From an uncultured Aliarcobacter sp. (GTDB lineage Bacteria > Campylobacterota > Campylobacteria > Campylobacterales > Arcobacteraceae): a stretch of 64,000 nucleotides of DNA. The translations under genes and the position numbers were made by a program. The notes under the pieces were generated by a model. It saw only the letters and a list, made by a program, of their open reading frames with translations, was not told the origin of the DNA and searched no databases. The first letter of the stretch is position 1. Each line of letters opens with the position of its first letter. The DNA lies in the NCBI GenBank assembly GCA_963677435.1, contig OY781945.1:1-64000 (forward strand), read 5' to 3'. This document shows, in pieces, positions 12,157 to 19,642 of this stretch.

Positions 12157-13158
12157 AATTCCTGTTCCTGTATCAGTAGCTGTAATATTAGGATTTGTTG
12201 TTGTTGCACTTAATATTACTGTCTCATCATTTTCTTTAATTACATCATCTAATACTTCTGCTCTTACTTTTACACTTGAACCATCTGCTGGTAGTGTGAT
12301 TTTATTACCTACTACATCTAACCAAGTTGTTTCACCATCTGTTGAGTATTGAAGTTGTGATTTATAATCTAATCCTCCTGTAGCTGTTCCACTTGTTCCT
12401 AATGTTACTTCTACATCTGAACCAACAGCATTTGACAATTTTACATCATATGTTAGGTAAGCACCATTTGCTTCTACTACACTTCCTGCATCGCCGATTA
12501 TAATTGTTGCTGTTGTATCTGTGGTAGGTGTTGTTGGGGTTAAAACAGCTGCTGCTGTGTTTCCTGAATCAACTGGAATAGTAGAGATAGATTCTGTTAA
12601 ATTAACTCCCCTAGCACTATCTGCAATACCATTTAGTGCACCCACAGTTAAAGAAAATGTAGAGTTAAATGTTGAACCATTACTTGTATTTCCTCCAGCA
12701 TCACCACCTGCTGCTGCTGCACCAAGAGATTCTAATAATGTTTGATAATCAGTTATTAATGTTAAATTTGTGGCTTTACTTTCCCCTAAATCAATAGGTT
12801 TTGTCATTAATGCTTCTAATTGATTAATAATTTCTCCCCCATCAAAAGAAGTGTTATCAATAATATTATCTACATCTTTACTATTTATATCTTTATTTAT
12901 AATAATTGCTGTTGGATTAGACATATCAGCTGTATTAGCTTGAAGAAGAGGAACAATACCATTTAGTTCAACTTTTATTGATTTACCATCAACATTAAAA
13001 GTTAGAACAACTGATTCTTGATTATCTTTAAAATTTAAAACATAATTTGAGAAACCATTTGAGAAGACATACTCTTCACCTTTTAAGGCTTTAAATTGCA
13101 AATCACCATTTAAATCTACAACTTTTTGACCGCTTTCAGTTTTAATTGTTAACTTCAT
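1..13158 (-). CDS. Giant repetitive T1SS-secreted adhesin (LapA/BapA-like), 3' end outside the window (at least 4386 aa)
   Basis: ATG at 13158 preceded by GGAGAG. Manual translation MKLTIKTESGQKVVDL... stays open down to position 1. Missing from the ORF track because there is no stop in the window. Unique N-terminus with LLESLGAAAAGG, one divergent Calx-beta-like unit, then 134-aa repeats. Directly downstream of tolC-ABC-hlyD. Confidence 0.93.
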   Translation of the reverse strand, partial: MKLTIKTESGQKVVDLNGDLQFKALKGEEYVFSNGFSNYVLNFKDNQESVVLTFNVDGKSIKVELNGIVPLLQANTADMSNPTAIIINKDINSKDVDNIIDNTSFDGGEIINQLEALMTKPIDLGESKATNLTLITDYQTLLESLGAAAAGGDAGGNTSNGSTFNSTFSLTVGALNGIADSARGVNLTESISTIPVDSGNTAAAVLTPTTPTTDTTATIIIGDAGSVVEANGAYLTYDVKLSNAVGSDVEVTLGTSGTATGGLDYKSQLQYSTDGETTWLDVVGNKITLPADGSSVKVRAEVLDDVIKENDETVILSATTTNPNITATDTGTGIITDDTTPTNPPSAEDTVYAQISVDKSSVAEGGELTYTVKLVDKDGNAVEVPAGDKVNVQIDWTGAAASGADTSALPSSVDVTGGSTATFKVTAIDDYLAEGSEPLVATISGVTDTNSNYEAVAVSSTSNVANSAITDDTTPTNPPSAEDTVYAQISVDKSSVAEGGELTYTVKLVDKDGNAVEVPAGDKVNVQIDWTGAAASGADTSALPSSVDVTGGSTATFKVTAIDDYLAEGSEPLVATISGVTDTNSNYEAVAVSSTSNVANSAITDDTTPTNPPSAEDTVYAQISVDKSSVAEGGELTYTVKLVDKDGNAVEVPAGDKVNVQIDWTGAAASGADTSALPSSVDVTGGSTATFKVTAIDDYLAEGSEPLVATISGVTDTNSNYEAVAVSSTSNVANSAITDDTTPTNPPSAEDTVYAQISVDKSSVAEGGELTYTVKLVDKDGNAVEVPAGDKVNVQIDWTGAAASGADTSALPSSVDVTGGSTATFKVTAIDDYLAEGSEPLVATISGVTDTNSNYEAVAVSSTSNVANSAITDDTTPTNPPSAEDTVYAQISVDKSSVAEGGELTYTVKLVDKDGNAVEVPAGDKVNVQIDWTGAAASGADTSALPSSVDVTGGSTATFKVTAIDDYLAEGSEPLVATISGVTDTNSNYEAVAVSSTSNVANSAITDDTTPTNPPSAEDTVYAQISVDKSSVAEGGELTYTVKLVDKDGNAVEVPAGDKVNVQIDWTGAAASGADTSALPSSVDVTGGSTATFKVTAIDDYLAEGSEPLVATISGVTDTNSNYEAVAVSSTSNVANSAITDDTTPTNPPSAEDTVYAQISVDKSSVAEGGELTYTVKLVDKDGNAVEVPAGDKVNVQIDWTGAAASGADTSALPSSVDVTGGSTATFKVTAIDDYLAEGSEPLVATISGVTDTNSNYEAVAVSSTSNVANSAITDDTTPTNPPSAEDTVYAQISVDKSSVAEGGELTYTVKLVDKDGNAVEVPAGDKVNVQIDWTGAAASGADTSALPSSVDVTGGSTATFKVTAIDDYLAEGSEPLVATISGVTDTNSNYEAVAVSSTSNVANSAITDDTTPTNPPSAEDTVYAQISVDKSSVAEGGELTYTVKLVDKDGNAVEVPAGDKVNVQIDWTGAAASGADTSALPSSVDVTGGSTATFKVTAIDDYLAEGSEPLVATISGVTDTNSNYEAVAVSSTSNVANSAITDDTTPTNPPSAEDTVYAQISVDKSSVAEGGELTYTVKLVDKDGNAVEVPAGDKVNVQIDWTGAAASGADTSALPSSVDVTGGSTATFKVTAIDDYLAEGSEPLVATISGVTDTNSNYEAVAVSSTSNVANSAITDDTTPTNPPSAEDTVYAQISVDKSSVAEGGELTYTVKLVDKDGNAVEVPAGDKVNVQIDWTGAAASGADTSALPSSVDVTGGSTATFKVTAIDDYLAEGSEPLVATISGVTDTNSNYEAVAVSSTSNVANSAITDDTTPTNPPSAEDTVYAQISVDKSSVAEGGELTYTVKLVDKDGNAVEVPAGDKVNVQIDWTGAAASGADTSALPSSVDVTGGSTATFKVTAIDDYLAEGSEPLVATISGVTDTNSNYEAVAVSSTSNVANSAITDDTTPTNPPSAEDTVYAQISVDKSSVAEGGELTYTVKLVDKDGNAVEVPAGDKVNVQIDWTGAAASGADTSALPSSVDVTGGSTATFKVTAIDDYLAEGSEPLVATISGVTDTNSNYEAVAVSSTSNVANSAITDDTTPTNPPSAEDTVYAQISVDKSSVAEGGELTYTVKLVDKDGNAVEVPAGDKVNVQIDWTGAAASGADTSALPSSVDVTGGSTATFKVTAIDDYLAEGSEPLVATISGVTDTNSNYEAVAVSSTSNVANSAITDDTTPTNPPSAEDTVYAQISVDKSSVAEGGELTYTVKLVDKDGNAVEVPAGDKVNVQIDWTGAAASGADTSALPSSVDVTGGSTATFKVTAIDDYLAEGSEPLVATISGVTDTNSNYEAVAVSSTSNVANSAITDDTTPTNPPSAEDTVYAQISVDKSSVAEGGELTYTVKLVDKDGNAVEVPAGDKVNVQIDWTGAAASGADTSALPSSVDVTGGSTATFKVTAIDDYLAEGSEPLVATISGVTDTNSNYEAVAVSSTSNVANSAITDDTTPTNPPSAEDTVYAQISVDKSSVAEGGELTYTVKLVDKDGNAVEVPAGDKVNVQIDWTGAAASGADTSALPSSVDVTGGSTATFKVTAIDDYLAEGSEPLVATISGVTDTNSNYEAVAVSSTSNVANSAITDDTTPTNPPSAEDTVYAQISVDKSSVAEGGELTYTVKLVDKDGNAVEVPAGDKVNVQIDWTGAAASGADTSALPSSVDVTGGSTATFKVTAIDDYLAEGSEPLVATISGVTDTNSNYEAVAVSSTSNVANSAITDDTTPTNPPSAEDTVYAQISVDKSSVAEGGELTYTVKLVDKDGNAVEVPAGDKVNVQIDWTGAAASGADTSALPSSVDVTGGSTATFKVTAIDDYLAEGSEPLVATISGVTDTNSNYEAVAVSSTSNVANSAITDDTTPTNPPSAEDTVYAQISVDKSSVAEGGELTYTVKLVDKDGNAVEVPAGDKVNVQIDWTGAAASGADTSALPSSVDVTGGSTATFKVTAIDDYLAEGSEPLVATISGVTDTNSNYEAVAVSSTSNVANSAITDDTTPTNPPSAEDTVYAQISVDKSSVAEGGELTYTVKLVDKDGNAVEVPAGDKVNVQIDWTGAAASGADTSALPSSVDVTGGSTATFKVTAIDDYLAEGSEPLVATISGVTDTNSNYEAVAVSSTSNVANSAITDDTTPTNPPSAEDTVYAQISVDKSSVAEGGELTYTVKLVDKDGNAVEVPAGDKVNVQIDWTGAAASGADTSALPSSVDVTGGSTATFKVTAIDDYLAEGSEPLVATISGVTDTNSNYEAVAVSSTSNVANSAITDDTTPTNPPSAEDTVYAQISVDKSSVAEGGELTYTVKLVDKDGNAVEVPAGDKVNVQIDWTGAAASGADTSALPSSVDVTGGSTATFKVTAIDDYLAEGSEPLVATISGVTDTNSNYEAVAVSSTSNVANSAITDDTTPTNPPSAEDTVYAQISVDKSSVAEGGELTYTVKLVDKDGNAVEVPAGDKVNVQIDWTGAAASGADTSALPSSVDVTGGSTATFKVTAIDDYLAEGSEPLVATISGVTDTNSNYEAVAVSSTSNVANSAITDDTTPTNPPSAEDTVYAQISVDKSSVAEGGELTYTVKLVDKDGNAVEVPAGDKVNVQIDWTGAAASGADTSALPSSVDVTGGSTATFKVTAIDDYLAEGSEPLVATISGVTDTNSNYEAVAVSSTSNVANSAITDDTTPTNPPSAEDTVYAQISVDKSSVAEGGELTYTVKLVDKDGNAVEVPAGDKVNVQIDWTGAAASGADTSALPSSVDVTGGSTATFKVTAIDDYLAEGSEPLVATISGVTDTNSNYEAVAVSSTSNVANSAITDDTTPTNPPSAEDTVYAQISVDKSSVAEGGELTYTVKLVDKDGNAVEVPAGDKVNVQIDWTGAAASGADTSALPSSVDVTGGSTATFKVTAIDDYLAEGSEPLVATISGVTDTNSNYEAVAVSSTSNVANSAITDDTTPTNPPSAEDTVYAQISVDKSSVAEGGELTYTVKLVDKDGNAVEVPAGDKVNVQIDWTGAAASGADTSALPSSVDVTGGSTATFKVTAIDDYLAEGSEPLVATISGVTDTNSNYEAVAVSSTSNVANSAITDDTTPTNPPSAEDTVYAQISVDKSSVAEGGELTYTVKLVDKDGNAVEVPAGDKVNVQIDWTGAAASGADTSALPSSVDVTGGSTATFKVTAIDDYLAEGSEPLVATISGVTDTNSNYEAVAVSSTSNVANSAITDDTTPTNPPSAEDTVYAQISVDKSSVAEGGELTYTVKLVDKDGNAVEVPAGDKVNVQIDWTGAAASGADTSALPSSVDVTGGSTATFKVTAIDDYLAEGSEPLVATISGVTDTNSNYEAVAVSSTSNVANSAITDDTTPTNPPSAEDTVYAQISVDKSSVAEGG

Positions 13159-13279
13159 TTTATCTCTCCATTTATATTGACTAATTATTATTTCTATTAT
13201 TAATACAATATTATATTAATAAAGTCTCTAAAAAGTTTTATAAATGAGATTTTTTTAAAGAAAGATAATCTAAATTAGA

Positions 13280-14680
13280 TTATCTTTCATGAAGTGAGTC
13301 TTGTTTTACTTTTAGTATTGGTTTTAAAAGGAAATCTAATATTGATTTTTTACCGGTAACAATATCAACTGTAGCAATCATTCCTGGAATAATTGGTAGT
13401 TTTTTTCCTTTTCTTTCTAAGTAATTTTTATTTGTTTTTACTAAAACCCGATAGTAACTTTTTCCATCTTTAGAGTCTTTATCCACTATTGTATCTGCTG
13501 ATATTTCAACAATCTTTCCTTCTAATCCACCATAAATTCCAAAATCATATGCAGTGATTTTTATAATTGCTTTTTGTGTTGGACTTATAAATGCAATATC
13601 TTTTGGATCAATTTTTGCTTCAACAACTAAAGCATCACTTAATGGTACTATTTCCATTAAATCCATTCCAGATTGAACAACCCCACCTATAGTATTAAAA
13701 TTTAGTTGTTTAATAATTCCATCAACAGGTGAAGTAATTGTTGTTTTAGCAACTTTATCTCTATCTCCAACTAATTTAGCTTCAAATCTATTTATTTGAC
13801 TTACTGCTTTTTGTAGGTCTCGTGAAGCTTCTGCTCTAAATGTATCAATTTTTTCTTTTATTCTATTTTCAGCTTCAGTAATAGCAAAATTTGATCTTGA
13901 TATTGATAGTTTTGCAGTTTGTAAATCCCCTTTAGTTAGGTTATACTCTTTTTCAATATCCAATAAATCATACTTAGATTTTATTCCTCTTTCTACAAGC
14001 TTTCTAATAGTTTTTCTTTGCTCTTCAATAAAACCTAAACTATCTGTTAATTTATTAATTGTACTTTCAATCTCTTTTAATTCTTGAATTTTTTGACTTA
14101 ATTGGTTTTCAAGAACATTTACTGAAGATTTTAATTCTCTGAATCTATTTTCTAATAATAATTTTTCATTTATGTCATATCTTGATAAATCTTTCATAAC
14201 TTTTTCATCAAATTTCAACACTGGTAAATCTTTATTTATATCAATTGTTGATTCAACTTCTAATCTTGTTTTTAATGCTAACAAAGACAAATACTCTTGC
14301 TTACTTTCTTCTAATGTAGCTTGAAATCTTGTTGTATCAATTTTCATTAAAGGATCATCAAATTTTACAACATCACCTTCTTTGACGAATATCTCAGAAA
14401 TTATTCCACCATCTAACGACTGAACTGTTTGTATTTTATCTGTTGGAATTACTTTTCCATTTCCTCTTGCTAGTTCATCAATTTGTGCAAATGCTGCCCA
14501 TAATACAAGAATAGAAAATATACCAGTAATTAACAAAAAAATTATATTTGAAACTCTACTTGGTCTTTCATTTGAATTGGAATACAAGCTATACATAAAC
14601 TCTAAGTCTTCTTGCTTTTCATCTTCTAATCCATAAAGTCTTCTAAACCAATTAATAAGACCTTTTTTTTCTTTATACAT
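13280..14680 (-). CDS. HlyD-family T1SS membrane fusion (periplasmic adaptor) protein
   Basis: N-terminal TM, GKVIP/QSLDGGII motif, long coiled coil, ITSPVDGII, IIPGMIATVDIVTG. Confidence 0.95.
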   Translation of the reverse strand: MYKEKKGLINWFRRLYGLEDEKQEDLEFMYSLYSNSNERPSRVSNIIFLLITGIFSILVLWAAFAQIDELARGNGKVIPTDKIQTVQSLDGGIISEIFVKEGDVVKFDDPLMKIDTTRFQATLEESKQEYLSLLALKTRLEVESTIDINKDLPVLKFDEKVMKDLSRYDINEKLLLENRFRELKSSVNVLENQLSQKIQELKEIESTINKLTDSLGFIEEQRKTIRKLVERGIKSKYDLLDIEKEYNLTKGDLQTAKLSISRSNFAITEAENRIKEKIDTFRAEASRDLQKAVSQINRFEAKLVGDRDKVAKTTITSPVDGIIKQLNFNTIGGVVQSGMDLMEIVPLSDALVVEAKIDPKDIAFISPTQKAIIKITAYDFGIYGGLEGKIVEISADTIVDKDSKDGKSYYRVLVKTNKNYLERKGKKLPIIPGMIATVDIVTGKKSILDFLLKPILKVKQDSLHER

Positions 14681-14683
14681 TAT

Positions 14684-16840
14684 TTAACCTACTTTTGTAG
14701 TAAAAACTTCATCTTTAGGTCCATCTACGATTATTTGACCATTTTCTACTATTATTATTCTATCTACTAATTGTAGCAAAGAAGTTTTATGGGTTACTAC
14801 TATCAAAGTTTTATTTGAAACTATATTTTGAAGTCTATTTATAAACGACTTTTCTGTTTGTCTATCCATTGAATTTGTTGGTTCATCAAGCATTATTATA
14901 TTTGGATCAGAAATTAGTGCTCTTGCAAGAGTAACTGATTGTCTCTCTCCCCCTGATAAACCATCTCCTCTTTCTCCAACTAATAAATCATATCCAGCTT
15001 CATGTTTTCCTAAGAAATCATCTAATCCCGCAATTTTTGATACTCTTAATAACTCTTCATCAGATACATATTGTTCTCCAATTGTAAGATTATCTTTTAC
15101 TGTTCCCATAAATAAAAATGGCTCTTGAGGAACGCTTCCAATAGAGTGTCTTAAATCTGTTGGATCTATTTGTCTTGTATCCAAACCATCAATCAATACA
15201 GATCCAGAAGTTGGCTCATATAAATTCATAATTAACTTTAATAAAGTAGATTTTCCTGATCCAATTTTTCCAAGGATTGCAACTTTTTCACCTTCTTTAA
15301 TTAGTAGATTTATATCTTTTAATGTTTGATGATTTTGATCCTTATAAGCAAATTGAACATCTTTTAATTCAATATCACCTTTTAAATTTGGTCTACTTAT
15401 ATAAGATTTATTCTCTTTTTCAACTGGCATCTTCATGACCTCATCAAGGTTATTTAAAGATAACATAGTTCTATCAAATTTTATAATCATTCCAACTAAC
15501 TGTGAAATTGGAGCTATTACTCTTCCATTTAAAATCATAGCTGCAATAATCGCTCCCATTGTAATTTTTCCATCTTGAGCTAAATAAACCCCAGCAGCAA
15601 CTATCGCAATATTAGAAAATTGAGAGATAAATGCTGTTAAATAAGTAATTGTCTGAGATAAAAAATGACCTTTATCAGCGTAATGAACCGTTTTATTAAT
15701 AGAATTTTCCCAATGTGTTTTCATTCTATTTTGCGCTTTAACACTTTTAATTATTTCTAAACCAGAAACCGTTTCTATAAGTGTAGTTTGTTTTATTTGC
15801 TCTTCTTTTATGGACTTTGAAATAATCTCTTTTAGAGGTCTTTGCATATACCATGAAATTAATAGTGATATAATTACTGTTATTATTGTAATAATTGCTA
15901 GTGGACCTGCAATAAAAAAGATTACAATTATAAAAATAACTACGAATGGCAAATCAACAACTGCTGCAATTGTTGCGCCTGTGAAGAATTCTCTTACGCT
16001 TTCAAAAGATTGTAATCTACTTACAAACTGCCCTGTTGAAGCTGGTCTTGCATCAAGTTTAATATTTAATAGATGATTAAATATTTTATTAGACATTATT
16101 GTATCAGCTCTTTTACTTGCTGTTCCTAAAAAATGAGATCTGAGAATTTTTAATAATAAATCAAAAAACATTACAATTGAAATACCAATAAATAAAGCCC
16201 ATAATGTTTCAATTGCATTATTTGGTAAAACCCTATCATATACATTCATGGTAAAAAGAGGTGTTGCTAAAATGAATAAATTTATAAATAAAGATACAAC
16301 AATAACTTGTTGATAAATTCCTTTATTTCTTAATAGGGTTCCCCAAAACCACTCTTTTGGATTATCTATTACTACTTCTTTTTCTATTCTATTATTGAAG
16401 TTATATTCTGGTTTTATAATTATTACTTCACCTGTATATTCACTTTCAAGTTTTTGTATAGTCATCTGTGTTTCACCAGAAATTAATCCAGGAATAATTA
16501 CATTTGCTACACCCTCTTTTAAATCATAACTTAGTAAAACACAGGCTCTATTCTTATCTAAAATTAAAACAGATGGTAAGGCAAGCTTCGTTATATCTTT
16601 TATTTTTTCTCTTCTAACAGTTTTTGTAACTAAACCTATTCGAACTGATGCTTGATGGAACATTGTTATATTCATTGAAGTATTGTGAATAGGTAGCCCA
16701 AAAGTCAGAGATTCAGCAGATGTTTCTCTATTGTGATACTTAGATAAAAAAAGTAGACAACCCAATAAGTCGTCTACTTTTCTTCTGTCTTTTAAATTAG
16801 TTAATGTCTCATTTTCAATTAAATCAGAATTATTTTCCAA
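14684..16840 (-). CDS. T1SS ABC transporter permease/ATPase (LapB/LssB-like, N-terminal C39-like domain)
   Basis: MNVYDRVLPN TM domain, Walker A GKIGSGKST, signature LSGGERQ, Walker B IIMLDE; TTG start. Confidence 0.95.
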   Translation of the reverse strand: MENNSDLIENETLTNLKDRRKVDDLLGCLLFLSKYHNRETSAESLTFGLPIHNTSMNITMFHQASVRIGLVTKTVRREKIKDITKLALPSVLILDKNRACVLLSYDLKEGVANVIIPGLISGETQMTIQKLESEYTGEVIIIKPEYNFNNRIEKEVVIDNPKEWFWGTLLRNKGIYQQVIVVSLFINLFILATPLFTMNVYDRVLPNNAIETLWALFIGISIVMFFDLLLKILRSHFLGTASKRADTIMSNKIFNHLLNIKLDARPASTGQFVSRLQSFESVREFFTGATIAAVVDLPFVVIFIIVIFFIAGPLAIITIITVIISLLISWYMQRPLKEIISKSIKEEQIKQTTLIETVSGLEIIKSVKAQNRMKTHWENSINKTVHYADKGHFLSQTITYLTAFISQFSNIAIVAAGVYLAQDGKITMGAIIAAMILNGRVIAPISQLVGMIIKFDRTMLSLNNLDEVMKMPVEKENKSYISRPNLKGDIELKDVQFAYKDQNHQTLKDINLLIKEGEKVAILGKIGSGKSTLLKLIMNLYEPTSGSVLIDGLDTRQIDPTDLRHSIGSVPQEPFLFMGTVKDNLTIGEQYVSDEELLRVSKIAGLDDFLGKHEAGYDLLVGERGDGLSGGERQSVTLARALISDPNIIMLDEPTNSMDRQTEKSFINRLQNIVSNKTLIVVTHKTSLLQLVDRIIIVENGQIIVDGPKDEVFTTKVG

Positions 16841-16867
16841 TATTTACCTTTTCTATCAAATCCCATA

Positions 16868-18649
16868 TTAATTATATTTTGAATACAGTTTTTGGTGCTT
16901 ACTTATATTATCTATATATGGTTTATTTGCTATAACAGATGATGGCAATTTACTTATTGCTTCATTTGCCTCTTTTACGGATTTAAATGTACCATAAATA
17001 ACCTTAGCACTTTTCATTTCAGGACCAAATGGATATACATAAGAATTACTTTTATCTAAATTATTAGAACTAATATAATTTTTAGCGGCATCTACACCCT
17101 CTGTTGTTGTAATATTAATTGTATAGTAACTAGAAGGAGCATCTAAAAATGAACTATATTCACTTGCTACTTTTGTTTTTACTACTTCTGCTTTAGGCAT
17201 TGTGTTAACTACTGGTTTTTCTTCTTTTGTCACTGCTGTATCATCACCTAATAATGCTCTTAAGTCTGATGACACAGTTTTATTTGCTGCTTGCTTTTGC
17301 TCAGAAACAATTGTATTTAATGCTTTATCACTAGAACAACCATCCTCTGATTCTAAAACTGTACTAGTTAATACAGATAATGTATTTAGCATATCATAGT
17401 AGTTTGTATACAATTCATATTCCCTTGAAACTAAACTTTTTTTAGCTTCATACAATACTGTTTGTGCATCCAAAATATCAACAAATGTTCTTGTTCCTGA
17501 TTCAAATTCACTTTTATAAACTTCAACGATATTTTCATTTGCAACTACATAATCTTTAAGAATTGAGATTCTCTCTTTATTTTTCATAAATCTTTGATAA
17601 TTAACTTTTATTGACTCAACAATTTTATTTGTAATTGCATCTAATCTTTTTTTCTGTTCTGCTAAAAAAAGTTCTTCTTGTTTAGAAACAGCATAATCTC
17701 CACCACCATTATATAAATTCCAAGCAAGTGTTACTCTTCCATATACTTGATTTTCATCCCCTTGCTCATTTAAAGATAAATCACTATCTGTTAGTGCTTT
17801 TAATTCTAAATTTAAATTTGGTAAAAATTTAGAATCTGCTTGTGCGATTTTTTCTCTTTGAGCTTTAATTACTTCAATTTGTTGCTTAATCTCATAATTT
17901 GTTAGAACTGCTTGTTCTATAATTTCTTGTAAATTATTTGGAATTTTAGATAAATTTATTTTTGGTCTACATTCATTTCCTGAAGGTTCACTTCCAATAT
18001 ATCTTTTAAATGTACTTACTTTTGAACTTTTTAAATCATTTTCTTCTAAATATTTTTCTTTTACAAAACTTAATTTAGAATCAACTTCATAAGTTTCAAG
18101 AATCTCACCACTAATAGACTCTTTTTCTTTTGCTATTTGAAGATTTTCTTCATTTGTTTTTATCATTTCTTTTGTTAAATCTAAGATTTCGTTATATTGA
18201 ACTAAATCTTTATAGGCAATTATAGTTTCATAAACTACATTTTCAATATTCTTTTCTGATCTATATTTATTTGATAAATCGTTATATTTTGCTTCTGCAA
18301 CTTGACTTGGAGTTAAATTACCATCATATAACATTTGATTTAAAGCTATACCAAAATTATAACCATCTTCTTGATCTGAGCCACTTTGAAGATTACTAGG
18401 GTTTGGTTGCTTATATTTTTTATCTGAGTTACTTTTTTCAAGCCTCCCATCAATATCAATTCGTGGAAGATATTTTGCTTCTCTTTCATCAATATATTTT
18501 TTAAAAGCTTCCTGATTATTTTTTTCTGCAATAATTTCTGGATTAGAAGCTAATACCTTTTCTACACTCTCTTTCAAACTAAAAGCTTGTAAAGAGCTAC
18601 TTGCTAGTATCGAAATACAAGCAAATTTTAATAATTTTTTAATATACAT
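16868..18649 (-). CDS. TolC-family outer membrane protein with an additional C-terminal SPOR-like domain
   Basis: Signal peptide, two OEP repeats (YLPRIDI, FLPNLNL, GTRTFVDILDAQ), a linker, then YYTINI...KVIYGTFKSVKEANEAISKLP resembling SPOR/DamX. Confidence 0.88.
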   Translation of the reverse strand: MYIKKLLKFACISILASSSLQAFSLKESVEKVLASNPEIIAEKNNQEAFKKYIDEREAKYLPRIDIDGRLEKSNSDKKYKQPNPSNLQSGSDQEDGYNFGIALNQMLYDGNLTPSQVAEAKYNDLSNKYRSEKNIENVVYETIIAYKDLVQYNEILDLTKEMIKTNEENLQIAKEKESISGEILETYEVDSKLSFVKEKYLEENDLKSSKVSTFKRYIGSEPSGNECRPKINLSKIPNNLQEIIEQAVLTNYEIKQQIEVIKAQREKIAQADSKFLPNLNLELKALTDSDLSLNEQGDENQVYGRVTLAWNLYNGGGDYAVSKQEELFLAEQKKRLDAITNKIVESIKVNYQRFMKNKERISILKDYVVANENIVEVYKSEFESGTRTFVDILDAQTVLYEAKKSLVSREYELYTNYYDMLNTLSVLTSTVLESEDGCSSDKALNTIVSEQKQAANKTVSSDLRALLGDDTAVTKEEKPVVNTMPKAEVVKTKVASEYSSFLDAPSSYYTINITTTEGVDAAKNYISSNNLDKSNSYVYPFGPEMKSAKVIYGTFKSVKEANEAISKLPSSVIANKPYIDNISKHQKLYSKYN

Positions 18650-18835
18650 TTTGTGACTCCATGCAGGATAAATTTAAAGACTAAATAATTTTTTGTATTA
18701 CTTTACAAGTATTTTGCTTAAGCATTTATTAAAGTTTGTTTTGTTATATTATTATTTGAAAATAAAACTACTTATCACTTTTTTTAAGCTTTCTTATTAT
18801 AACATACATAATTATTTATATAGGTTAGGAAAGTT

Positions 18836-19540
18836 ATGCAAAAAAATATGAATCATAACAATATATTAAAAAATCTAAATCTTTTATATATTGAAGATGA
18901 AGATAATATTAGAATTAATATTAAAAAAGTATTACTTTTATTATGCGAAAATGTATTTGATGCCTCAGATACTAAAGAAGCAGATTTAATCTTCCAAAAT
19001 CAAAGAATAGATATAATTATTTCAGATATAAATCTTCCTAATACTAATGGTATAGAATTCATTAAAGAACTAAGAAAAAAAGACAAAACTATTCCCGTAA
19101 TTTTATTAAGTGCCTATACAGATACAAAGTATCTACTTGAAGCTACCAAACTAAAACTTGTCGATTATTTAACTAAACCAGTAGATTTTAAAACTTTAAA
19201 TAATGCTTTGTATAAATGTGTTGAAGAGATTTTGGATAATTCAAGATATCTAATTCTTTTCCAAAATAATATTCAATACAATGTACTTCATAAAAAATTG
19301 ATTGATTTAAACACTCAGAAAGAGTTACTTTTGACATCTAAAGAGTTAGATTTACTAAGTTTTTTAATAAAAAATAGTAATAGGATTGTCTCAACAGATG
19401 AATTAAAAGCTAATATCTGGGAAGATTGTTTTGAAGCTACTGATTCTGCATTAAAAAATTTATTAAACAAACTTAGAAAAAAAATTGGTAAAGAATCTAT
19501 AATTAATATTTCTGGAGTGGGTTATAGACTTGATTTTTAA
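18836..19540 (+). CDS. OmpR-family response regulator
   Basis: Receiver motifs YIEDE, ISDINLP, LTKP; winged-helix LTSKE...LRKKIG...GVGYRL. Confidence 0.93.
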   Translation: MQKNMNHNNILKNLNLLYIEDEDNIRINIKKVLLLLCENVFDASDTKEADLIFQNQRIDIIISDINLPNTNGIEFIKELRKKDKTIPVILLSAYTDTKYLLEATKLKLVDYLTKPVDFKTLNNALYKCVEEILDNSRYLILFQNNIQYNVLHKKLIDLNTQKELLLTSKELDLLSFLIKNSNRIVSTDELKANIWEDCFEATDSALKNLLNKLRKKIGKESIINISGVGYRLDF

Positions 19541-19642
19541 TTAAAATAGCTGTGATATTAATTTAATAATAATTTGTTATAATGTATTTTATTATATTAT
19601 TTAATTCTTAAGTTTAAACCAATCAACTATATTTAGGCTATT

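Noticed and set aside
12152..12745. Plus-strand ORFs 12152-12352 and 12521-12745
   Set aside because: Antisense shadows of the adhesin coding sequence.
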